Positions 18,529 to 27,744 of a stretch of 48,963 bases of DNA are shown in pieces. The position numbers were made by a program, and so were the translations under genes. The number at the start of each line of letters is the position of its first letter. Position 1 is the first letter of the stretch. Under the pieces are notes generated by a model. The model did no database searches and had not been told where the DNA came from. It saw nothing but the letters and a program-made list of their open reading frames with translations. This DNA comes from an uncultured Alphaproteobacteria bacterium (GTDB lineage: Bacteria > Pseudomonadota > Alphaproteobacteria > Rs-D84): contig CAMZDE010000002.1 in the NCBI GenBank assembly GCA_947305255.1, positions 1-48,963 of the forward strand, read 5' to 3'.

Positions 18529-20595
18529 TTATGCCCCCGCGATTGTCGAACAATCAAATATCTGGCGCAAATCAGCCGCCCATGCGTCATCGTCACTATT
18601 ATTATTCATTACGGCACTTTGTGCCAATTTGAACAAATCCCTATGTTCGCGATAATCGACAAAATAGTATTGAATCCAACCGCTTTGTTTCGTTCCCAAC
18701 AATTCGCCGACACCGCGCATCATTAAATCTTGCTCTGCAATTACAAAGCCGTCATCGGTTTCACATAATATATCTAACCTTTTTAACCCATCAGGCGTCA
18801 CATTATTGCTATAAATCAAAATGCAATATGATTGTTGCGATCCGCGTCCAACACGTCCGCGCAATTGATGTAATGCCGCCAAACCAAATCGTTCTGCATT
18901 TTCAATCACCATGATTGTCGCAGACGGAACGTCAATCCCAACCTCTATGACAGTCGTCGAAACCAATACGCGCATTTTTGAATTTGTATCGGCGAATTCA
19001 GTCATAACTGCATCGCGCGCCTTTTTATCCATTTGGCCGTGGCAAAGACCAGTATGTGGGAAATGTTTCCTTAAATCATCAAATCTGGACTGTGCGGCGG
19101 TCATATCAGAAACCTCTGATTCTGTCACCAACGGACAGACCCAAAAAACCTTTGCCCCATTGGCGATTTGTGGCGCAATACGGTCAATCAATGCATTTGT
19201 GCGCATAATTGAAATCTTTGACGTTTTAATAGGAATACGACCTGCGGGCTTTTCATTTATAATCGAAATATCCATATCCCCGTACACCGTCATAGATAAC
19301 GTGCGTGGTATAGGCGTTGCCGACAAAGCCAACATATCGGGATTATGACCTTTGTTGCGCATAGTTGTTCGCTGTTGCACGCCAAATCGATGTTGTTCAT
19401 CAATGACAATTAAACCTAAATCCTTGTATTCGACGTCATCAGAAAACAAAGCATGCGTTCCAATCGCAATTTTCGTCCGGCCAGAGCGTAACGAAACCAG
19501 TTTTTCGCGCCGCGGTACGCCTTTGTCGCGACCGGTCAAAACGTCGCAAACAATACCTAATTTTTCGCACATCGGCGCAATTTTAGCAAAATGTTGCTGG
19601 GCCAAAGTGTCGGTGGGTGCCAATAATACAGATTGTGCGCCCGTTTCAGCCATTTTTATCATCGCGGCCAACGCAACCATTGTTTTGCCGGAACCGACGT
19701 CACCCTGGACCAATCGCATCATAGGAATCGGTTTTGCAAAATCGGCAAAGATTTCATCAATAGTGCGTTGTTGTGCGCTGGTCAAATTAAATGGCAATAT
19801 GCCATAAAATTTATCGATTAAATCATACCGCTTTGCACGAACAGGCCGCAGACTTTTTTGTTCGGCGCGCATCCGACGGTTAATTGCAATCGCGCTTTGG
19901 TGTGCGAACAGTTCGCAATAGGCCAATTTTGCAACGTACGTATTGTTCGGATTTAAATCATCATTTGTTTCTGGATAATGAATATGTTCCAATGCATCAA
20001 TAAATTCCAGCATTCTTTCATCATTTACATGTGCGGCAATTTGTTCGTGTATAATCTTGAATATCTGGTCGCGTACAGCGGCAAAAGTTTTCTGGCTTAA
20101 TCCTTCGCCTGACGGATATATCGCCTGATGCCGTGGAATCTTGGCCGCGTTCTCAGGCGCTTCAATAAATTCAGGGTGATTGATAATCGCGCCATTTCTG
20201 GAATTAAAATCCAATTTTCCACTGACAATACGCCATTGACCAATCGGCAATTTTTCAGTCCAATAATCCAAATAATTCACATTGAAAAATTGTATCGTGA
20301 CCGGTGCAGAAAATTTGTCGGCACATATAACCTGAGTCGGGTGACGACGCCCACGAAAAACACCGCCACGCTTATGCGATTTCACCAACACCGATATAGT
20401 AATCGTATCGCCGTTTTGTGCCCCCGTCACAGAATCCAGAATTTCGCGCGGCCGCACGTACGACGGTTTGTGTAATAAAAAATCCAACACACGGCGTCCG
20501 CCCAAAACATCATTAAAACGCGCGGCCAGCACGGGGCCTACGCCGTGTATAAACTGTAAATCTTGGTTAAAAAAATCAAAAACAGTTTTATTCAC
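18529..20595 (-). CDS. recG: ATP-dependent DNA helicase RecG
   Basis: 688 aa. N-terminal wedge/OB region, Walker A GDVGSGKT, DEQH box VIDEQHRFG, and helicase C motifs (LHGRVGRG-like QLRGRVGRG). Confidence 0.93.
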   Translation of the reverse strand: MNKTVFDFFNQDLQFIHGVGPVLAARFNDVLGGRRVLDFLLHKPSYVRPREILDSVTGAQNGDTITISVLVKSHKRGGVFRGRRHPTQVICADKFSAPVTIQFFNVNYLDYWTEKLPIGQWRIVSGKLDFNSRNGAIINHPEFIEAPENAAKIPRHQAIYPSGEGLSQKTFAAVRDQIFKIIHEQIAAHVNDERMLEFIDALEHIHYPETNDDLNPNNTYVAKLAYCELFAHQSAIAINRRMRAEQKSLRPVRAKRYDLIDKFYGILPFNLTSAQQRTIDEIFADFAKPIPMMRLVQGDVGSGKTMVALAAMIKMAETGAQSVLLAPTDTLAQQHFAKIAPMCEKLGIVCDVLTGRDKGVPRREKLVSLRSGRTKIAIGTHALFSDDVEYKDLGLIVIDEQHRFGVQQRTTMRNKGHNPDMLALSATPIPRTLSMTVYGDMDISIINEKPAGRIPIKTSKISIMRTNALIDRIAPQIANGAKVFWVCPLVTESEVSDMTAAQSRFDDLRKHFPHTGLCHGQMDKKARDAVMTEFADTNSKMRVLVSTTVIEVGIDVPSATIMVIENAERFGLAALHQLRGRVGRGSQQSYCILIYSNNVTPDGLKRLDILCETDDGFVIAEQDLMMRGVGELLGTKQSGWIQYYFVDYREHRDLFKLAQSAVMNNNSDDDAWAADLRQIFDCSTIAGA

Positions 20596-20635
20596 ACCTT
20601 AAATGTAGCAAATATTACACAATTTATTCAATAAA

Positions 20636-20655
20636 AAACCGCCAAACGGCGGTTT
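20636..20655 (-). terminator. Intrinsic terminator after ackA
   Basis: Minus strand reads CCGCC-gttt-GGCGG followed by TTTTTTAT. Confidence 0.6.
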
Positions 20656-20679
20656 GTTCAGACAAAACAAAATTTATCT

Positions 20680-21924
20680 TTATTTTTGCGCAAACGAATA
20701 TTGCATTTTCAAATGGTCTGGGTCGTATGTCCCATTCATAATCGCGATTGTGTCTTCGACGATAACCAATTCTTCGTTTGTCGCAATCATCAAAACTTTG
20801 ACTTTCGAATCAGGTGTGCTGATTATCGCTTCGTCAACGCCTTTGCGGGCCAGAGCGTTTTTGTTGGCTTCTTTGTCTAATTTGATGCCCAATTCTTCCA
20901 AACCGCTGCAGAATTTTTCGCGCAAATAATCGTCGTTTTCACCCACACCCGCCGTAAATACGATTGCATCAGTATGTCCTAATTCGGCCATAAATGCGCC
21001 AATGTATTTTTTGACGTTGTGTGTTTCGATATCAATCGCCAATTGGCAATCAGGATTTGTTTCGCGGTTTTCTTCGACATCGCGACGGTCGGCAAAGCAT
21101 TTTGTAATACCCATTAAACCGGAATCTTTGTTCAAATGTTTTGTCATTTGTTCTGGTGTCAAATTCAATTTTTCCATAACATAGAACAATGCAGCGGCAT
21201 CAACATCGCCTGGGCGTGTTCCCATGACCAAACCGGCGGTTGGTGTCATACCCAAAGTTGTATCAACTGCGCGACCATTTTTGATAGCTACGCCTGATGC
21301 GCCCGAACCAATATGCATAGTAATCAAATTGCACTGGTCGGCAGGTTTGCCCAACATCGCCGCCGCACGTTTAGAAACATACAAATGAGATGTCCCATGG
21401 AAACCATAGCGGCGCACCCCAAGGTTTTTATACCATGCCTCTGGAATTGCATAACGGAACGATTGTTCAGGCATTGTTTGCAAGAAAGCAGTATCAAATA
21501 CGGCAACCTGTTTCGCGTTTGGCAATGTTTGGCGCGCGCTTTCAATGCCCATTAACGATGCAGGAATATGCAACGGCATCAAATCTTTCCATTCGGCGAT
21601 TGCGCGCATAACCTCGTCATTTATTTCGACCGACGAAGCAAATTTAGAACCGCCCATAACAACACGGTGTCCAACACCACCAATTTCATTCATATCAATG
21701 GACGCTTCGCGTAACATAAACAAAACAACATTCAATGCTTCGTTATGGTTCTTCATTTCGGTGACTTTCTTTTCTTTTGTGCCGTCCGGATATTTTTGAG
21801 TAATGAAAGAATCTGGCAAACCGATTTTTTCAACATTTCCACCAACAACGACTTTCTTGGTATCGGCATCAAAAACCTGATATTTCAGAGAAGACGAACC
21901 ACAATTCAAAGCAAGTATGTACAT
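20680..21924 (-). CDS. ackA: Acetate kinase
   Basis: 414 aa. N-terminal ILALNCGSSSLKYQVF, RRYGFHGTSH, and a full-length acetate/propionate kinase pattern. No pta gene is adjacent. Confidence 0.92.
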   Translation of the reverse strand: MYILALNCGSSSLKYQVFDADTKKVVVGGNVEKIGLPDSFITQKYPDGTKEKKVTEMKNHNEALNVVLFMLREASIDMNEIGGVGHRVVMGGSKFASSVEINDEVMRAIAEWKDLMPLHIPASLMGIESARQTLPNAKQVAVFDTAFLQTMPEQSFRYAIPEAWYKNLGVRRYGFHGTSHLYVSKRAAAMLGKPADQCNLITMHIGSGASGVAIKNGRAVDTTLGMTPTAGLVMGTRPGDVDAAALFYVMEKLNLTPEQMTKHLNKDSGLMGITKCFADRRDVEENRETNPDCQLAIDIETHNVKKYIGAFMAELGHTDAIVFTAGVGENDDYLREKFCSGLEELGIKLDKEANKNALARKGVDEAIISTPDSKVKVLMIATNEELVIVEDTIAIMNGTYDPDHLKMQYSFAQK

Positions 21925-22068
21925 ATGTTATCCTTTTTGTTTATAAAAAAACTTTTTACGCCACCAACAATAGCAAATCGTTTTCGGCGTTTCAATAATA
22001 AACTTATGTTTTTGCTGGGCAAAAAACAGACGACGCGAACGCCGTCTGGTTAAAAGATTCGCAACGCG

Positions 22069-24489
22069 TTATGCCGCATACGAATGATCGGTCATCCAAT
22101 CATTATAGATTTGAACCATTTTGCCGTTATCCATCTTTTTCTGTAATTTTTTCGTGCTGAATCTGAAAATGTTTTTAGTATGCCCAGTTTGCAAGAAATC
22201 CCAAAAACCCATTAATTCATTATATTTATTTTTATGATCTGAATCCCAATCTTGATAGCGTTGATTGCGTTTGGTAATGCTGTCCTGGCATGTGTTTATC
22301 ACAGATTGCGCGTTTTCGTAATCATTTATATTTTGTGACAATATGTCGTTTTGATTTTTTTCAGCAGTCAATCTGTTATTGATATTTTGAATTGCTGCGC
22401 GCGCATTTGCTAATCTTTGTTGAACGTTCGGATTAAATGTTGCGATGATACCGCCCGTGGCCTGATATCTGGTATCTATGTCTTGAATTTTTTTGTTTAT
22501 TGCGTTTAAATCTTTTTGGGCCTTGGTCAGTTGTTGTTTCAAAATATCGGCCTGTTGCGCTTCTAGTTGGTTATTAGGTGTGCCGCCCAATCCGCGAAGT
22601 TGCGCTTCCAATCCCAAAATTTCCGCTTCTTTGTTTTGTTTGTTTGTTTGTTCTTGTAAATATACCCTATGGTCTTCTTCCGTTTGTACCAATGGTGCAA
22701 TCGCTTGTTCCAAATTATGGATATTTTCAGACAAACGATTTTCGCGCAAACGTCCATTTGTTAAATCGGTTTTTCGCTGGGTCAATGTCACATTTTGATT
22801 CAATCCTAAATTCGCCTGAGCGGTATTTTGAATGCCGGTCTGTCTTTGGATTTCTTGGGTATCGGCGTTATTTTGAGGTGTGACATAATTGTTCAAGAAA
22901 TCGTTTTTATCTTGTTGATTTTGTTGTTCCCATTCGTCGGATTTTTGTTGTAATTTTCCAGAATGATTAAAACTGGTTCCTGTGCGACGAAGCCCATTTA
23001 CAACACCCGTAACCGCATAGCCAGTCGTTTGAATGCCAAACTTTATAGTTTTATCCACGGCCTTTGTTATCGATTTTATATTTGCGTCTTTGTTCCATGA
23101 CAAACCGCCGTCCGAAAACAAAGTCAAATCTGTTTTGTTTAATGCGTCCATTCTGCGCGAAGTGAATAACCCATATCGCATCACAGACAAAACCTCCATA
23201 GCGGTTTTTGCTTCATCGATTTTGTTGTCGTTGATTGCCTTTAAGACCATTTCTTCAATCAATCTGTGCATTTGGCGACCATTACGCAAAGCACCTTCAA
23301 AAGCCTTTGGCATAGTGCTTTTTAATTCCTGCATCATATCGACAAACCATTTGAAATGGGCGTCGCCAGTTGGTGTTTTGTCTTTCAGTCTTTTTGCAAT
23401 ATTTGATTGTTTATCTAAGACCGCACCAATTCCATCCACAGGTTTAATCTTTTCGCCGTCTAATGCGGCAATAATGCTTTTTGTTGTTGGTTTTACATAT
23501 ATATGATCGCGATGCGCAGTCACATATTTTTTCAGCGTATCTGAATACGTGTCTTTGACATTGTCTTCTATGCGTTGCCAAAGTGTTTTTTGATCGTCAC
23601 GTTTCGGTGCAACGTAATCTTTTTCAGTTATCTTGCCAGTATAATCAGTTTTTGCAATTGCTTCGTCTAATTGCTTTGAAATTTTACCTTTGTCATAATT
23701 TTTGAATACACTATAAACCTTGGTCTTGTCGTGCAAAGTATTCAAAATTTTCTGGTATTCTTGCTTAAATTCATTCAGTTTTGTCGGGTCAACAACAGCC
23801 TCTTGGTTTAATCCGCTTATTATCCCGTTCAAATCCAAATTTTCCAAAGTTTGAACCAATGCTTGATTGCTGATGTCGCCGTATTCCAATCTGCTGGCCA
23901 ACGAAGATATAATCCGGACGAGTTTATTACGAACATTCGGATCAGATTTATATTTTCCTTTGGTCAAAGATTCGATGAAATCTTTATATTCATTGTAATC
24001 GTCGTTAAACAGACCGCTGAACATAGCAAAACTGTTAATAGATGGGTCTTTGAGAACGCTGGTGACAAAATTGTCTATGCTAGTGACAGTTTGTTGATTC
24101 AACGGTGGCAAAGAAAAAATCTTTGTTCGTGGGTCGCCAAAATATTCGTCTAAGAATTTTGTTGCGTCGGAATTGTCTTTGAAAGAATCCCGATTAGCAG
24201 ACATTTCAACCAAAGCATTTTGAATCGATAAAAACAACGATTCCCAAAGAGAATTATCAACATTACCGGCCGCATCTACAAAAGCCGTCGCCGCATCTGG
24301 CAAATCGTTTTGAACCAATTTTCCATTTGCGTTGGTGTGCATCAAATCCTTTTTCCACGATTTCATATCGCCGCGGAAATCGTCTTTTTTGGCGTAATCA
24401 TCAAACCGCGCCCGAATTTCAGGCGGCATTTCGTTAAAATGTCTTTGACGGAAATATAATAACAAAAAATCTTTGACTGACATCGCCAT
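22069..24489 (-). CDS. Large orphan protein (~806 aa) with a Q/N-rich coiled-coil C-terminal third
   Basis: Start placed at MAMSVKDF, behind the RBS AAGGGGTGG. No signal peptide or TM helix. Long heptad-like Q/N/L/E-rich segment (residues ~560-760). No recognised catalytic motif. Confidence 0.6.
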   Translation of the reverse strand: MAMSVKDFLLLYFRQRHFNEMPPEIRARFDDYAKKDDFRGDMKSWKKDLMHTNANGKLVQNDLPDAATAFVDAAGNVDNSLWESLFLSIQNALVEMSANRDSFKDNSDATKFLDEYFGDPRTKIFSLPPLNQQTVTSIDNFVTSVLKDPSINSFAMFSGLFNDDYNEYKDFIESLTKGKYKSDPNVRNKLVRIISSLASRLEYGDISNQALVQTLENLDLNGIISGLNQEAVVDPTKLNEFKQEYQKILNTLHDKTKVYSVFKNYDKGKISKQLDEAIAKTDYTGKITEKDYVAPKRDDQKTLWQRIEDNVKDTYSDTLKKYVTAHRDHIYVKPTTKSIIAALDGEKIKPVDGIGAVLDKQSNIAKRLKDKTPTGDAHFKWFVDMMQELKSTMPKAFEGALRNGRQMHRLIEEMVLKAINDNKIDEAKTAMEVLSVMRYGLFTSRRMDALNKTDLTLFSDGGLSWNKDANIKSITKAVDKTIKFGIQTTGYAVTGVVNGLRRTGTSFNHSGKLQQKSDEWEQQNQQDKNDFLNNYVTPQNNADTQEIQRQTGIQNTAQANLGLNQNVTLTQRKTDLTNGRLRENRLSENIHNLEQAIAPLVQTEEDHRVYLQEQTNKQNKEAEILGLEAQLRGLGGTPNNQLEAQQADILKQQLTKAQKDLNAINKKIQDIDTRYQATGGIIATFNPNVQQRLANARAAIQNINNRLTAEKNQNDILSQNINDYENAQSVINTCQDSITKRNQRYQDWDSDHKNKYNELMGFWDFLQTGHTKNIFRFSTKKLQKKMDNGKMVQIYNDWMTDHSYAA

Positions 24490-24577
24490 TGTGCCACCCC
24501 TTTGGTTTGTTGTGATGTATCCACACACCACAACATGTATTATAATACTTTTTTGCCTGATTTTCAAGTGTGGGCGT

Positions 24578-25249
24578 ATGGTTTCATTCCTGTCAACAAT
24601 TGGTTCGGGTGATGCTATAATTTACAATGTGAATGTGATAAATATATTCTTGAAAATGATACCGTATGTCCTGTCTATCGCAGGCGGCATTTTTGTCTTT
24701 GATTTTTCGCAAAAATACCTGCATAGCCCCGGTTGGATAGATTTAATGGATAATGTGGCGGCGTCGTTATTAGCGATTCCATTGGTGTTTTTGTTCTATG
24801 ATTATTCTAATTTTCTGGTGACGCGTCGTGTGCATAAACATCAGCACGCCAATGTTATAAACGCATTGGACGGACATTTGTTCAAAATATTAGCATACAT
24901 GAAAAATATTATAGGATTGCCGCGTATCGAAGTTCCTATGCAGGACATAAATTTGAACTATAAAAAACTAAATTTTGATAAAAAATACGTTCGCGGAATC
25001 AAGAAACAACTGGGCCTATTGGAAGATTTGCTATATAAATCCGACAAAATAGAAGTTTTGGACCCCCAACACACACAAATATTGTCGTTCATCGCCCAAG
25101 AGTTAAATCAAATCCTTAATGAATTAAAATTTCACAATTCGCCCAAAGAAATTGCGCGATATCTGGAAACCACGCTTTCTATGATAGACGATTGGTTTTA
25201 TTCCACAGGATACACAACGCGTAAGAAAATGCAGTCGACCGCAGAATAA
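24578..25249 (+). CDS. Hypothetical membrane protein (two predicted N-terminal TM helices, cytoplasmic helical C-terminus)
   Basis: ORF divergent from the large protein. The start is uncertain: 24578 (MVSFLS) was chosen to avoid overlapping the neighbour. Confidence 0.45.
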   Translation: MVSFLSTIGSGDAIIYNVNVINIFLKMIPYVLSIAGGIFVFDFSQKYLHSPGWIDLMDNVAASLLAIPLVFLFYDYSNFLVTRRVHKHQHANVINALDGHLFKILAYMKNIIGLPRIEVPMQDINLNYKKLNFDKKYVRGIKKQLGLLEDLLYKSDKIEVLDPQHTQILSFIAQELNQILNELKFHNSPKEIARYLETTLSMIDDWFYSTGYTTRKKMQSTAE

Positions 25250-25318
25250 CCAAGAAGCAAATCAGCCCCTGAATTTTTTTGTTTGCGTTGAATTTCAAAA
25301 TTTGATAAAATAATCAAC

Positions 25319-25502
25319 GTCAGAAAGAATATTTTCTGATGGGGTGTAACGACCCGTGTCGAACTGCGTCAGGGATGACGTAAAATTTCTCCAACATATG
25401 GTTGGAGGGTTGCCGAATATATAGAATAAGGCACACAATTTCAGTTCGAATTGTCGTTAACCTCCAACCACCCGATTCTTTTTCTGGTGGTTGTTCGTTG
25501 TT
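25319..25502 (+). promoter_or_regulatory. Structured leader, copy D
   Basis: Promoter TTGAAT-17-TAATCA, then GTCAGAAA.../TTTCTGA, P3 CGTCA/TGACG, P4 CTCCAAC/GTTGGAG. GGTTGGAGG is complementary to CCTCCAACC. Terminator CCAACCACC/GGTGGTTG plus a T-rich tail. Confidence 0.65.
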
Positions 25503-25527
25503 AAAACCAACAGAAGGAGAGGAAACT

Positions 25528-26157
25528 ATGACAACAAAATCAATATTATTTGCGATACTTGCAACATTGCCATTTGTCGCACGTGCAGAAAATATATCAG
25601 GGGCAATGTATATCGCGCCGTCCGTGGCAGATAACAATCATCCCGCGCCAACAACAAACGCAAACGCACCGTATGGTCGTGTGAATATTGATGTCGCCGA
25701 CCAAGACCATATCGCCACAACTGCGTATGTCAAAGGTGCGTATAATAGTGCGATTGCAGCGGTGAATACATCAATTGATGAAGCAGTATCAGAAACAATT
25801 CGTGTTCTTGAACAACAAGGGTTATATGATAAACAAGATAAATTATTAAATGCCGATGGTGACGAAATATTACAAGATGTAACATCTGGTTCGCAAATAG
25901 ATTCGGAGATTGGTAATAGTCTTGTAAATTTGTACGACGATGATGAATACGAAGCGTTTAGAGATGATATTATTAATGGTTATGGTTTTGAACCTGATAC
26001 TAGTTTAATGACAGCTGGTGCAATATTTGACACAATACATTATGTAAATAAACATCTTGTTGACGCCATAGGCGAAAAACGTGTCACAATATACACAACC
26101 TGGGACGATGATAGTGCAAACGCCACGACGCAGGTATCTTTGACAAGCGCAAATTAA
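25528..26157 (+). CDS. Secreted protein, paralog family member D (longest central insert)
   Basis: Start at MTTKSILFAILATLPFVARA, behind the RBS AGGAGAGG. Conserved N-terminal block and C-terminal RVTIYTTWDDDSANATT. Confidence 0.75.
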   Translation: MTTKSILFAILATLPFVARAENISGAMYIAPSVADNNHPAPTTNANAPYGRVNIDVADQDHIATTAYVKGAYNSAIAAVNTSIDEAVSETIRVLEQQGLYDKQDKLLNADGDEILQDVTSGSQIDSEIGNSLVNLYDDDEYEAFRDDIINGYGFEPDTSLMTAGAIFDTIHYVNKHLVDAIGEKRVTIYTTWDDDSANATTQVSLTSAN

Positions 26158-26422
26158 TCGGGTGGGGCGTTCGGCAAAAATGCCTAGGTATACAAACAAA
26201 TTGCCGTCGCTGGCACTTTTTTGACATAATTATGGCGTGGATTCGGATACACTATCGATAACAACATTTTGTTTTCCAATTCAAAACGGTAAAGTGTCTG
26301 AATCCACATTTTTATGCAAATTGTGATGTGATATAAAAAATCAAAAATCTCAATTTTTTGCTTGATTTTCTTTTTTTTATATGTCAAAATATGCCCCGAA
26401 CGCCGAAAGGTGGACCGAGTTT

Positions 26423-26498
26423 GGAGACATAGCTCAGTTGGTAGAGCAAATGACTTTTAATCATTGGGTCCAGGGTTCGAATCCCTGTGTCTCCACCA
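26423..26498 (+). tRNA. tRNA-Lys (anticodon TTT)
   Basis: Acceptor GGAGACA/TGTCTCC, anticodon loop CTTTTAA, T-arm CAGGG-TTCGAAT-CCCTG, encoded CCA. Confidence 0.9.
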
Positions 26499-26540
26499 AA
26501 AATTTATCCCCCGTGAAAACGGGGGATAAATTTTTGGTGG
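26493..26540 (+). other. 20-bp perfect hairpin that includes the last 6 nt (CCACCA) of tRNA-Lys
   Basis: CCACCAAAAATTTATCCCCC-gtgaaaac-GGGGGATAAATTTTTGGTGG. Confidence 0.7.
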
Positions 26541-26577
26541 ACATGGTTTGATTTGAATGCGTCGCAACAAGGTTGCC

Positions 26578-26820
26578 AAGGGTTCGACAACAAGTAGATT
26601 TTGCAAGTAAATCGTGGCAAAATCGTCACGGTTGCCCCGCAGCCGGCACTTTGTGCCGTGCGAGGGAATCCCTGTTCGAACCCGAAGAAAGGGTTCGACC
26701 CGCAGGCGAAAGGCAGACGTTCGTCGGCCGGTTCGCAAAGCGAATGAACCAAGGGGAATGAAGCGAAGCAAAATCGTCACGGTTGCCCCGCAGGTACAAA
26801 GTGTCGAGAAAATCCCTGTG
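26578..26820. repeat. T-arm-bracketed modules at tRNA-Lys (L0/L1) with a 151-nt tandem periodicity
   Basis: AGGGTTCGAC...insert...AATCCCTGT occurs twice. The 25-mer CAAAATCGTCACGGTTGCCCCGCAG is present at 26618-26642 and 26769-26793. The core GTTCGACCCGCAGGCGAAAGGCAGACG is shared with 3048-3072. Confidence 0.6.
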
Positions 26821-26849
26821 GAACCTGAAATAGTGGCTTTGCGTGTCGC

Positions 26850-27107
26850 TTATTTTTTATCTTTGTCTTCGCCAGTGTCGTCGCTGGTCACAAATTTAAA
26901 GAAATCTTGTGGTTTTGCCCCAGTTGCGGCCAATATTTTCGCGATGCTGTTCGTTGACGGCCATCGTGGTTGTCCAAATACAGTCTTACGTTTGCTTTTG
27001 TTAAAGGTTGTCGGATCTAACCCGCTAAGTTTTGCCAATCCAGAGCAAGACATTCCGTGTTCACGAGCAAATAATTCAATCGCATGCCATATTTGATGAT
27101 GTGTCAT
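26850..27107 (-). CDS. HTH DNA-binding protein, equivalent to only the N-terminal domain of phage/S24-type repressors
   Basis: HQIWHAIELFAREHGMSCSGLAKLSGLDPTTFNKSKRKT..PRWPSTNSIAKIL matches the HTH domain that precedes the S24 peptidase domain in alphaproteobacterial repressors. Here it is followed only by an acidic tail. RBS AGGGGGA. Confidence 0.65.
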   Translation of the reverse strand: MTHHQIWHAIELFAREHGMSCSGLAKLSGLDPTTFNKSKRKTVFGQPRWPSTNSIAKILAATGAKPQDFFKFVTSDDTGEDKDKK

Positions 27108-27369
27108 AATGTTTTCCCCCCTATTGTTTTGTTTTTAGTTTGGTTAGTTTTTACTTCGTTTGGGTATATTATCAAATAAAGAGAAAAAAATCAATTAAAA
27201 CAACCATAATAAGAAAAGAAACCTATTGTGAAAAATAGTGTTTACTGTTGTGATGGCAGATTTGTGCGGTGTTTTTATCTTTAAAGCTATATAGAAAGAA
27301 AATATTAAAACTAATAAAAATACCCTAAAATTCGATTCGAATTAATAATCCCAGAATCAAAAGATTTTG

Positions 27370-27744
27370 TTATCTTATGCGTTTGATTTCCATACCGACA
27401 ACGTGTTCACGGTTCAATTCTTCGCGCGATACAAATTTGGTAATAATGTTCATCAATTCATCAATGTTTTGAAATCCAGAACGCTTAATATCGATTTTTT
27501 TAAACAAATTCTCAAAATCAGGCGCAACATGCATATTTAAAACTTCGCAGATAATATATTCGTCTGTGTTTTCAGCATCAAACAGTAAAAATTTGTCGCC
27601 AATTTTAACTTTTTTGCGTTTGTCGTCGTACGCGCGTAATTCAATGTCTTTTTGCCCAGATTTTATCATTTCAAAATATTTGTGCCGAACACTCATAGTG
27701 AACTGATACGTAATGTCAGATTGAATGTTTTTATCTTTTGTCAT
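27370..27744 (-). CDS. ASCH (PUA-like) domain protein
   Basis: 124 aa. KYFEMIKSGQKDIELRAYDDKRKKVKIGDKFLLF is the typical ASCH N-terminal beta-barrel pattern. Confidence 0.7.
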   Translation of the reverse strand: MTKDKNIQSDITYQFTMSVRHKYFEMIKSGQKDIELRAYDDKRKKVKIGDKFLLFDAENTDEYIICEVLNMHVAPDFENLFKKIDIKRSGFQNIDELMNIITKFVSREELNREHVVGMEIKRIR

